Origin: Gemmatimonadales bacterium | GTDB taxonomy: Bacteria > Gemmatimonadota > Gemmatimonadetes > Gemmatimonadales > GWC2-71-9 | Assembly: GCA_035691925.1 (NCBI GenBank) | Contig: DASSIL010000178.1 | Location: 31,638-95,637 of the forward strand | Direction: 5' to 3' | Length of the DNA stretch: 64,000 nt | In this document: piece by piece, positions 43,573-51,433 of the stretch | How positions within the stretch are numbered: the first letter of the stretch is position 1 | Layout of the letters: every line of letters starts with the position of its first letter | Made by a program: the position numbers and the translations under genes | Notes under the pieces: model-generated | The model's database searches: none | Told to the model about the DNA's origin: nothing | What the model saw: only the letters and a program-made list of their open reading frames with translations

Positions 43573-44883
43573 TCACCCCGCCCTGCGCGCGACGTCGGCC
43601 ATCAGCCGCGCGATCGTGCGCAGGTTGGATTCGCGATTCTCGGGCGTGCCGATCGCCTGCGCGGCCGCGCGCGCCCGCGCGAGCGCACGTCGCGCCGCGG
43701 CCGGCTGCTTCATGCCGAGCCACGCCCGCGCCTCCAGCTCGCACAGCCACGTGCGCACGATCGGGCCGCGCGCCCTGCGCAGCCCGCGTGCGCACGCCGC
43801 CCGCGCGTCGGGGTAACGTTCGGCCGCGAGCTCGGCCTGCGCCAGCCGCACCGCAGCGACGTCGCTGCCGGGCATGGCGCGCTCGGAGGCGGCGAGCGCC
43901 GGGATCACGCGCTCGGCCGAGCGGCGATCCCACACCATCTCGATGCGCGCGATGTCGAGCGCCGTGCGCTCGTCCTGGCTGCGCGGCGTGATGCGATCGA
44001 TCTCGTCGAGGGCGCGGGTCCCCCACCCGGCGACCTCGAGCGTGTCGCCGCGCAGCTGGGCGCTGCCCATCAGCACGCCATACAGCAGGAACCGATCGTC
44101 GCGGCGGATGTCGGTGCGGCCCAGGGCCTCCGCCGCGAGCGGAGCGAGGGTGCGTCGCGCCGCCAGAGCCGCGTCGCCAGAATCCCGGTTGGCGCACGCG
44201 AGCCCCGCGTACACCACGCGCGCGAACCGCTGGCCGCGCGCCATCCGCGGCGCCTCGGCCACCGCGGTCGAAGCGCACGCCCGCCACTCGCCCGCCGACG
44301 TCAGCGCCCACGCGAGCTGCGACAGCGCAGTCTCGCGCTCTCGCCAGTCGGGGCTCGCCGCCGCCAGCGCGGCGCGGTACGCCGACGCCGCATCGGTCAC
44401 CCGGCCGACGCCGAGCAGCGCGTCTCCGCGCGCCAGCAGCGAATCGGCCGCCGAGCCACCGGCGCGCGCATAGCCGCGCGCGCCCTGGTCCAGGAACTCC
44501 AGCAGCTCACCCGCGGGCATGCCCCCGAAGTGACACGCCAGCGCGCGCTCGTCCGCGGGATCGAGCACGAACAGGCTGGGCGTGAATCTCACCCGATGGC
44601 GCGCGAAGAACTGCCTGTTGGCGGGACGGTCGAAGTTCAGCTCGAGCCAGACGAACCGTCCGGCCTGCCTCGCGAGGGTGGGATCGGCCAGCGTCACCCG
44701 CATGAGGCGACACGACGATCACCACGGCGCCCACACGTCCACGAACATCGGCACGTGCCGGGCCTTCGCTTCGGCGCGCGCCCGCGCCACGTCGTCGGAG
44801 ATGAACGGCAACGGTCCCGGCATGGCCGAGACGACGGCGGGCGGCACGAGGCCGATGAGCAGCATCAGGGCGCGGAGCTTCAT
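43573..44883 (-). CDS. Exported thioredoxin-fold + TPR-like helical-repeat protein with in-frame TGA at the redox motif (candidate selenoprotein, W-U-S-S-C) or recently inactivated gene
   Basis: ATG 44883 is preceded by GGGAGA, and the signal is MKLRALMLLIGLVPPAVVSA. The sequence ..ARHVPMFVDVWAPW is followed by TGA (44721-44719) and then SSCRLM, continuous in frame with track ORF 43573..44703 (RVTLADP..FVWLELNFD..FTPSLFVLDP). The upstream 54 codons are missing from the track because they are too short to be listed. Confidence 0.6.
44687..44716 (-). promoter_or_regulatory. Candidate SECIS-like hairpin immediately 3' of the in-frame UGA
   Basis: mRNA nt +6 to +35 from the U of UGA read GUC-GUGUCGCC-[UCAUGCG]-GGUGACGC-U(bulge)-GGC. 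That gives 11 bp (including G-U pairs), one bulged U and a 7-nt apical loop containing G residues at +21/+23. Confidence 0.35.
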
Positions 44884-45013
44884 CTGGGATCTCCCTGGGT
44901 CTGGCGGACAGTCGAATGCGGCCGCGAATCGAATCCGGCTGGAACGCTAGTGGCGATTCGGTATGATTTCCAGAGCCGATCAGGGCCAGACAATCGGACC
45001 ATTGGAGACCCGC

Positions 45014-46465
45014 ATGCGAAGATCGCGTGGAGCCCTGCTGCCACCCGTTCCGGACCAGCGCGTGCGCGGCCGCAGCCTGTATCGCACGCTGCGCGACGCG
45101 CTGCTCGCGGGGGCACTCGCGCCCGGAGAGCGGCTGCCCTCCTCCCGACAGGCCGCCGCCGACTACCGCGTGTCGCGCGGCATGGTCGAGCAAGTGTACG
45201 GCCAGCTCGGCGAGGAGGGCTTCCTCGAGCGCGGGATCGGCCGCGGCACGTTCGTCGCGGCGCCCGCCGCCCGGCCGGGCGTGGCCGGCATGGCGCCGGC
45301 AGCGGAGCGCCGCCTCGCGCCCGGACGCCGTGGCCGCCGGCTGGCCGCGAGCGCGGCATGTCGCGAGCCCGAGCGCCCGCGCGCGTTCGACGCCGGCGTC
45401 GCCGACACGCGCGAGTTCCCGTGGCGCACGTGGCTGCGGCTCCAGTCGCGCGCCTGTCGCACGCTGGCGGGCGAGGCGATGAACCTGGCCGACCCGCGCG
45501 GCGTGCCGGCGCTGCGCACTGCCATTGCCCGACACCTGGCCGGCGCGCGCGGGATTCGGTGCCAGCCGGGTCAGGTGGTGGTGTTCAGCAGCTCCCAGCA
45601 GGCGCTGCTGGCCGCCACGCTGCTGCTGCTCGAGCGCGGCGACGGGGTGTGGCTCGAGGACCCATGCTATCCGGGCGCGCGCGCGGCGCTGGAGCTGGCT
45701 GGCGCCGCGATCGCGCCGATCCCGGTGGACGCGCACGGCCTGCGCGTGGAGGTCGGGCTGCGGGTCGCGCCGCGCGCGCGGCTCGCCTACGTCACGCCAT
45801 CGCATCAGTATCCGACCGGCGCGATGTTGAGTCTCGAGCGGCGGAGGGCGCTGCTGGCGTGGGCGAACCGGCGCGGCGCGTGGATCGTGGAGGACGACTA
45901 CGACGGCGAGTTCCGCTACGCCGGACAGCCGCTGACGCCGCTCGTGGCGCTCGATCCGGATGCGCGCGTCATCTACCTCGGCACGTTCAGCAAGGCCACG
46001 TTCGTGTCGCTGCGGCTGGCGTACCTGGTGCTCCCCGAGCCGCTGGTCGAGCCGCTCGCCAACCTGCGCACCCAGCTCGACGGTTTCACGCCCGCGATTC
46101 CGCAGCTCACCATGAGCGCGTTCATGGACGACGGCCACTTCGCGCCGCACCTGCGACGCATGCGGGCCATCTACGGCGAGAAGCACGCGCAGCTCGTGGC
46201 CGGACTCCGGCCGCTCGCCCAGCGGGGCTGGAGCTGGTCACCCAACCCGGCCGGCCTTCACCTGCTGGTGCGCCACCCTTCGGCGGAACTCGTGCGCCGG
46301 GTCGTCGCCACCTCGGGGCTGGCGCTGGCGCGGTTGAGCGCCTATCGACTGCGCCCCGCCCGCGACGACGGGCTGCTGCTGCGCTACGGCGGATTGGACC
46401 TCGAGGACGTGTGCGCCGGGGCCGCCCAGCTCGCGCACGCCGTGGCCCGGGCCACGGACCCCTGA
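45014..46465 (+). CDS. MocR/GabR/PdxR-type regulator (GntR HTH fused to aminotransferase class I/II-like domain)
   Basis: Start re-set to MRRSRGALL. The HTH reads LYRTLRDALLAGALAPGERLPSSRQAAADYRVSRGMVEQVYGQLGEEGFL. The AAT-like domain reads TPSHQYPTG and YLGTFSKAT (PLP-Lys context). It is divergent from the thioredoxin-fold gene. Confidence 0.85.
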   Translation: MRRSRGALLPPVPDQRVRGRSLYRTLRDALLAGALAPGERLPSSRQAAADYRVSRGMVEQVYGQLGEEGFLERGIGRGTFVAAPAARPGVAGMAPAAERRLAPGRRGRRLAASAACREPERPRAFDAGVADTREFPWRTWLRLQSRACRTLAGEAMNLADPRGVPALRTAIARHLAGARGIRCQPGQVVVFSSSQQALLAATLLLLERGDGVWLEDPCYPGARAALELAGAAIAPIPVDAHGLRVEVGLRVAPRARLAYVTPSHQYPTGAMLSLERRRALLAWANRRGAWIVEDDYDGEFRYAGQPLTPLVALDPDARVIYLGTFSKATFVSLRLAYLVLPEPLVEPLANLRTQLDGFTPAIPQLTMSAFMDDGHFAPHLRRMRAIYGEKHAQLVAGLRPLAQRGWSWSPNPAGLHLLVRHPSAELVRRVVATSGLALARLSAYRLRPARDDGLLLRYGGLDLEDVCAGAAQLAHAVARATDP

Positions 46466-46517
46466 CATCGGCTCGCCTCACCGCTTCGGGTCCATGTCCT
46501 GACGGCGCATTCGGCCA

Positions 46518-46547
46518 TTGACCACCCGTGGGACGGCCGTCAAGATT
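46518..46547 (+). promoter_or_regulatory. Weak sigma70-like promoter candidate upstream of 46637
   Basis: TTGACC-N18-AAGATT sits in a local AT-richer patch about 90 nt upstream of the ATG. The -10 match is poor. Confidence 0.2.
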
Positions 46548-46636
46548 TTGCGCTCCATCCCTCGGCCAGCGCGGCCAGGTGGCGCGCGCTGCCGCGACCG
46601 GAACCCGCACCGACATCATGCCCAGGAGATCCCGGA

Positions 46637-49075
46637 ATGCGTCCCCCGCGCCTGCTCGCCTCGATGGCCGTTCCCGCGCTGCTGTGCCTCGCGTCCGTCG
46701 CGCACGCCGCCTGGCCCTACGACCCGACAGTCAATCTGCAGCTCTGCAATGCCGGCAACGAGCAGCGCAACCCCGCCGCGATCTCCGACGGCGCCGGCGG
46801 GGCGATCGTCGTGTGGGAGGATCAGCGGCTGAACGCGAACATCAACATCTTCGCGCAGCGCATCTCGGCCGGCGGGGCTCCGCTGTGGGGCAACCTGGCG
46901 GCCGGCCTCGCGGTGTGCAACGCGACGGGCACCCAACAGCAGCCGGTGATCTGCAGCGATGGCTCGGGCGGCGCGATCGTCGCGTGGGCCGACGACCGTT
47001 CCGGCACCTGGGCGCTGTACGCGCAGCGCATCAGCGCCGCTGGGAGCGCGCAATGGGCGGCGAACGGCGTGTCGATCTCGAGCACGTTGACCGCGCCCAG
47101 CTTCGGGTCCCTCGACTACAACATCGCGACCGACACGCAGGGCGGCGCGTATCTGGCGTGGACGACATCCGCCAACGAATTCCGAATTCAGCGCGTGAAC
47201 GGCTCGGGCACGGCGCTGTTCGCCGCCGGCGGCGTGCTGCTCGACAACACGCACCAGTTCCCGAACGACGTCGGCATCGTTCCCGACGGCTTCGGCGGCG
47301 CGATCGCGTGCTGGTCCGGTTTCTCGGGCTCCTACGACATCCTGGCGCAGCGGGTCAACGCCTCGGGCACGGCGTTGTGGGCGTTCGGCGGCGTGGGCGT
47401 GTGCACCGACCCCGGCAGCCAGCAGGGTCCGCTGCTGGCCTCCGACGGCCAGGGCGGCGCGATCTTCGCGTGGACCGACTCGCGCGCGGTGCCGCCCAAG
47501 GCGTTCGCGCAGCACATCGGTCCGGGCGGCGCCGCGCTATGGACCGGCAACGGCATCCCGATCGAGAGCTCGACGTACAACACGACGCCGCTCGCCATGG
47601 TGGGCGACGGCACGGGCGGCGCGATCGTTGCGTTCGACCAGACCGACATCAACGCCTCGACCACCTCCCTCTACGCGCAGCGCATCAACGATTCGGGGTT
47701 GGTCCAGTGGGGCAGCCTGGGCGAACAGGTGGTGGCGCCCTCGCAGTACCAGAGCAACGGAGAGCTGATCTCCGATGGCGCCGGCGGGGCCGTCCTGGCG
47801 TGGATGGACCGACGCAACGGGAGCTTCGACATCTACGCGCAGCGCCTCAACCCGTCCGGCGGCTTCCTGTGGAGCTTCGACGACGTCGCCGTGTGCACTC
47901 AGCCCGCGGGCCAGAGCCTGCCCGAGGAGGACGGCATGGCTCCCACGCTGGCCCCCGATGGCGGCGGCGGCGCGATCGTGGCGTGGGAGGACTCGCGCAA
48001 CGATGCCGGCGACATCTACGCCCAGCGCGTCGAGCGCTTCGGCCGGCTCGGCAATCCCGAGCCCGTCATCACCAAGGCGAGCGACGTGCTCGCCGACCAG
48101 GGTGGCGAGGTGTCGCTGCAGTGGACGGCCAGCTACCTGGACGTGTCGCCGACGTTCGAGATCGCAGACTATTCGATCTGGCGCGAGGCGCCGGCCGCGG
48201 CCGCACAGGCCGCGCTGCGCTCGGGCGCGCGGCTGCTCGGAGCCGGGGATCCCCGGCCTCGCGACGCGGCGGGCGCCCACCTGATCCGCGCGCTGCCCGG
48301 CGCGAGCGGCACGAGTTACTGGGAGTATCTGGTCTCGGTCCCGGCCCGCGCGCTGCCCGGATACAGCCACGTCACGCCCACCACCACCGACTCCACCGGG
48401 ACCTCGAACCTGCTCACCAGCTTCATGGTCATGGCCGAGGACAACGGCGGGATCCCGTTCTGGGCCTCCGCTCCCGACTCGGGCTACTCGGTGGACAACC
48501 TGCCGCCCGTGGCGCCGGCGCCATTCACGGGCGCTTACCTCGCAGGGGCCACCCATCTGCATTGGGGCGCCAACATGGAACCCGATCTGGCGGGTTACCG
48601 CCTGTACCGGGGCACGACGTCGGGATTCCTGCCCGGCCCCGGCAACCTGATCTCCTCGCAGCCCGACACGGGCTACGCGGACGCCGGCCCGGCCGGCAGC
48701 TACTACAAGCTCTCGGCGGTGGACGTTCATGGCAACGAGAGCGCCTATTCGCTGCTCTCGCCGGCGGCCACGCTGGACGCGGTGCGCGAGGCGCCGCACG
48801 CGCTGACGCTCGCCGCGCCATCTCCCAATCCCGCCCGTGGACACACCGTGATGGCGTTCGGCCTGCCCACGGCCGGAGCCGTTCAGCTCTCCGTGTACGA
48901 CGTGGATGGCCGCCTGGTGCGCACGCTCGTCAGCGGATGGCTCGACGCGGGCCAGTTCTCGATGCCGTTCGACCTGCGGGACGACGCCGGGAGCGCGTTG
49001 CCGGGTGGGCTCTACTTCGCACGCCTGCGGGGCGAGGGACGCACGCTCGTGCGCCGGTTCGCCATCGCGAGATAG
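46637..49075 (+). CDS. Exported 8x-repeat protein (same repeat as 3851..5506) with Ig-like/FN3-like/FlgD-like C-terminal cassette
   Basis: 812 aa, with signal MRPPRLLASMAVPALLCLASVAHA. It carries 8 units such as ISDGAGGAIVVWEDQR..NIFAQRI and ISDGAGGAVLAWMDRRNGSFDIYAQRL. The C-terminal 339 aa are collinear with the cassette of the two NHL proteins and end GGLYFARL..RRFAIAR. Confidence 0.9.
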   Translation: MRPPRLLASMAVPALLCLASVAHAAWPYDPTVNLQLCNAGNEQRNPAAISDGAGGAIVVWEDQRLNANINIFAQRISAGGAPLWGNLAAGLAVCNATGTQQQPVICSDGSGGAIVAWADDRSGTWALYAQRISAAGSAQWAANGVSISSTLTAPSFGSLDYNIATDTQGGAYLAWTTSANEFRIQRVNGSGTALFAAGGVLLDNTHQFPNDVGIVPDGFGGAIACWSGFSGSYDILAQRVNASGTALWAFGGVGVCTDPGSQQGPLLASDGQGGAIFAWTDSRAVPPKAFAQHIGPGGAALWTGNGIPIESSTYNTTPLAMVGDGTGGAIVAFDQTDINASTTSLYAQRINDSGLVQWGSLGEQVVAPSQYQSNGELISDGAGGAVLAWMDRRNGSFDIYAQRLNPSGGFLWSFDDVAVCTQPAGQSLPEEDGMAPTLAPDGGGGAIVAWEDSRNDAGDIYAQRVERFGRLGNPEPVITKASDVLADQGGEVSLQWTASYLDVSPTFEIADYSIWREAPAAAAQAALRSGARLLGAGDPRPRDAAGAHLIRALPGASGTSYWEYLVSVPARALPGYSHVTPTTTDSTGTSNLLTSFMVMAEDNGGIPFWASAPDSGYSVDNLPPVAPAPFTGAYLAGATHLHWGANMEPDLAGYRLYRGTTSGFLPGPGNLISSQPDTGYADAGPAGSYYKLSAVDVHGNESAYSLLSPAATLDAVREAPHALTLAAPSPNPARGHTVMAFGLPTAGAVQLSVYDVDGRLVRTLVSGWLDAGQFSMPFDLRDDAGSALPGGLYFARLRGEGRTLVRRFAIAR
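46748..48055 (+). repeat. Array of 8 protein-level repeats (~52 aa); approximate bounds
   Basis: SDGxGGAI(V/F)AW.D.R....(I/L)(Y/F)AQR(I/V/L)...G...W recurs periodically. Confidence 0.75.
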
Positions 49076-49264
49076 GCTCCCGCCACGGTTCGCATTCATT
49101 CGTCCGCGACGACGACCCCCGTTCCTCGCTGGTAGCCGTCGGGAGCGTCGTTCGTCGGCTTGGCAGAAATCGTGGCCTTGTTGTCATGGGCATTCGACCC
49201 CGAGCACCACAATGTGTGGCGGATGGAGGTCATCGCCGCTGCTCGCCTGCGATCGGGGGACCCG

Positions 49265-49789
49265 ATGGACTGGAAATCGAAGCTTCACCGGCGGACGCGC
49301 CTCGCCTCGTTGGTGGCCATGTCTGCTTCGCTGGTGCTCCTGACGGCGGCCCATCGGAACGACGCCGGGCCTGGCGGCAGAATGGCCGACGGGTCCTCGG
49401 CCGGCGCCGATCGGGTCACCATCTCGGATCCGTGGGCTCGGGAGACGCCGGCGGGCGCCCACATGGGATCGGTCTATCTGACGATCGTCAGCGCGGCAGG
49501 CGATCGCCTGCTGCGGGCGTCCGTCCCGCGCTCGGTGGCCGCGCGTACGCAGATCCACGAGACCATCGTGCGGCAGCAGGCTGACGGCGGTGGAGAGTCG
49601 ATGACGATGCGGCGGGTCCCGTTCCTCGAGCTGCCGCCGGGACAGGAGGTCGAGCTCGAGCCGGGTGGGTTTCACCTGATGTTGATCGATCTCAGGCGTC
49701 CCCTGAAGGCTGGCGACAAGCTGGCCGTCACGCTGCGATTCGAGAAGGCCGGCACGCGCACCGTGACGGCCGACGTCCGTGGTCTGTGA
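49265..49789 (+). CDS. Copper chaperone PCu(A)C (DUF461)
   Basis: Start re-set to MDWKSKLHRRTRLASLVAMSASLVLL. It reads ISDPWARETPAGAHMGSVYLTI...IHET...MRRV..LELPPGQEVELEPGGFHLMLIDLRRPLKAGDKLAVTLRFEKAG, with the H..M and HxM-type Cu(I) motifs of the family. Confidence 0.85.
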   Translation: MDWKSKLHRRTRLASLVAMSASLVLLTAAHRNDAGPGGRMADGSSAGADRVTISDPWARETPAGAHMGSVYLTIVSAAGDRLLRASVPRSVAARTQIHETIVRQQADGGGESMTMRRVPFLELPPGQEVELEPGGFHLMLIDLRRPLKAGDKLAVTLRFEKAGTRTVTADVRGL

Positions 49790-49802
49790 CCACCCCGCGG
49801 GC

Positions 49803-50450
49803 ATGGCGACAGGGCCGGCCCGAACGTGTGCCCGGGTGGGGGCTGACGCCCGGCTCGCCGTCATCCTCGTCTCGCTGTGGTGGGTCGCGGGTTGCGGGCG
49901 GGGCGCAGCGCACGTCCCGCTCGGCGGACGGGTTCCGGGATCCGCCGCGCCCGTGGGAGGGCTCGTGCTGCCCGAGGTTCGCGCCGATCGCAGTGGCGTG
50001 CCGTTCCGGCTGCGGCCGTCACCCGGACAGCTGCTGATCGTCTACTTCGGATACACGACGTGCCCGGACGTTTGCCCGACGACGCTCGGCGACCTGCATC
50101 GCGCACTCTCCCGGCTGGGAGGCGACGCGCGTCACGTGGAGGTCGCGTTCATCACCGTGGACCCGGACCGGGATACGCCCGACGTTCTCGCCCCGTACCT
50201 CGCCGGTTTCGTCGCCGATGGCCATCCGCTGCGTCCGGCGAGCCCGTCCCAGTTGGCGGCGGCCGAACATGCGTTCGGGGCGACGTCGTCGGTGACCCGC
50301 AATCCAGACGGCGAGATCGAGGTGAGCCACAGCGGCACGATGTACGTCGTGGACGACCGTGGCAGGATCGTGGACGAATGGCCGTTCGGCAGCACGGCCA
50401 GCCTCATGGCCCACGATCTGCGGATCCTGCTCCCCGCTTCGCAACGCTGA
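49803..50450 (+). CDS. SCO1/SenC family copper chaperone / thiol-disulfide oxidoreductase (lipoprotein-like)
   Basis: The CxxxC motif is in YFGYTTCPDVCPTTL, with the conserved downstream H in VSHSGTMYVVD. The N-terminus has a lipobox-like LWWVAGC. The alternative GTG 49779 overlaps the PCuAC gene. Confidence 0.85.
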   Translation: MATGPARTCARVGADARLAVILVSLWWVAGCGRGAAHVPLGGRVPGSAAPVGGLVLPEVRADRSGVPFRLRPSPGQLLIVYFGYTTCPDVCPTTLGDLHRALSRLGGDARHVEVAFITVDPDRDTPDVLAPYLAGFVADGHPLRPASPSQLAAAEHAFGATSSVTRNPDGEIEVSHSGTMYVVDDRGRIVDEWPFGSTASLMAHDLRILLPASQR

Positions 50451-50606
50451 CCGCTTGGGATGGCGCCGCCTCCGGCTCGCTGCATCGCCGGCCCGGCCAG
50501 ACCGCCGTGCGCTGCGAAAACGCTTTGACGGCCGGCCGCAAACGGTGGACCGTGTCGGCTCGCATCGGACCGGAACGCCACCATCCATCCCCGGACCTCG
50601 CCGATC

Positions 50607-51368
50607 ATGACCGCCCCCCCGCCCGATCGACCGCCCGATCCGACCTCGGCCGCTCCGCGCTGGACCGCGCTCGCCCCGAATCCGCGCCGCGTGCTCGGCG
50701 TGTTGATCGAAAAGGCCAAGACCACGCCCGCCGGTTACCCGATGACCGTCAACGCGATCGTCACCGGCTGCAATCAGAAGAACAACCGCGATCCGGTGAC
50801 GGCGCTCGACACGCTGGAGGTGGAACGCGCGATCGAGGATCTGCGCGCCGCGGGCGCCGTCAGCGAGATCGACTGGCTGGGGCGCGCCGCCAAGTTCAAG
50901 CACCACGCGTACGAGTGGCTGGGCGTCAACCGGCAGGAGCTGGCGGTGATGGCCGAGCTGCTGCTGCGCGGTCCGCAGACGCTGGGCGAGCTGCGCGCCC
51001 GCGCGGCGCGAATGGAGCCGATCGCCGACCTGGCCGCGCTCAAGTCGATCGTGGACGGGCTGCTCGCGCGCAACCTGATAATCGAGCTGACGCCGCCCGG
51101 CCGCGGACAGCTGGTGTCGCACAACCTGTACCTGCCTCCGGAGCGGGAGCAGCTGCGATCGCAGGTCGCTCCGGCGCACGCGGCGGGCGCGGGCGATCGC
51201 GATGCGCCCCCGCCCCCCACGACGACCACTCCCGGCCCGTCCGCGCCGGACCGGGCGGACGACACCGTGGCCATGCTGCACGCGATCGCCGAGCTGCGCG
51301 CCGAAATCGCACGGCTGGAGCAGCGGGTGCAGGAGCTCGAACGCCGGTACGCGATGCCGAGCGACTGA
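50607..51368 (+). CDS. DUF480 (YceH-like) winged-helix family protein
   Basis: It reads RVLGVLIEKAKTTPAGYPMTVNAIVTGCNQKNNRDPV..L and ELAVMAELLLRGPQTLGELRARAARM, the duplicated wHTH pattern of YceH. The C-terminal part is coiled-coil. Confidence 0.75.
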   Translation: MTAPPPDRPPDPTSAAPRWTALAPNPRRVLGVLIEKAKTTPAGYPMTVNAIVTGCNQKNNRDPVTALDTLEVERAIEDLRAAGAVSEIDWLGRAAKFKHHAYEWLGVNRQELAVMAELLLRGPQTLGELRARAARMEPIADLAALKSIVDGLLARNLIIELTPPGRGQLVSHNLYLPPEREQLRSQVAPAHAAGAGDRDAPPPPTTTTPGPSAPDRADDTVAMLHAIAELRAEIARLEQRVQELERRYAMPSD

Positions 51369-51433
51369 TCGCGCGGGCGCTCGCGCGCGATCCGCAGCCG
51401 CTGGGCGCAGGTTCCGTTGTCAGGAGGAACAGC

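Noticed and set aside
44660-44680. A second stem-loop (CUGGCC...CCU-CGCG-AGG...GGCCGG) about 30-60 nt downstream of the in-frame UGA as an alternative SECIS
   Set aside because: Its apical loop lies about 45-50 nt from the UGA, outside the distance range I recall for bacterial SECIS elements. The hairpin directly after the UGA is better placed.
44884-45013. MocR-type operator repeats in the divergent region between the MocR gene and the thioredoxin-fold gene
   Set aside because: Only short CGAATC/GATTCG fragments are present. There is no convincing direct or inverted repeat pair of the length expected for MocR regulators.
49877-51433. The N-terminal 519 codons of track ORF 49877..52741
   Set aside because: This part is Arg-rich and overlaps the SCO1 and DUF480 genes in other frames. 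The MFS transporter starts at ATG 51434 behind AGGAGG.
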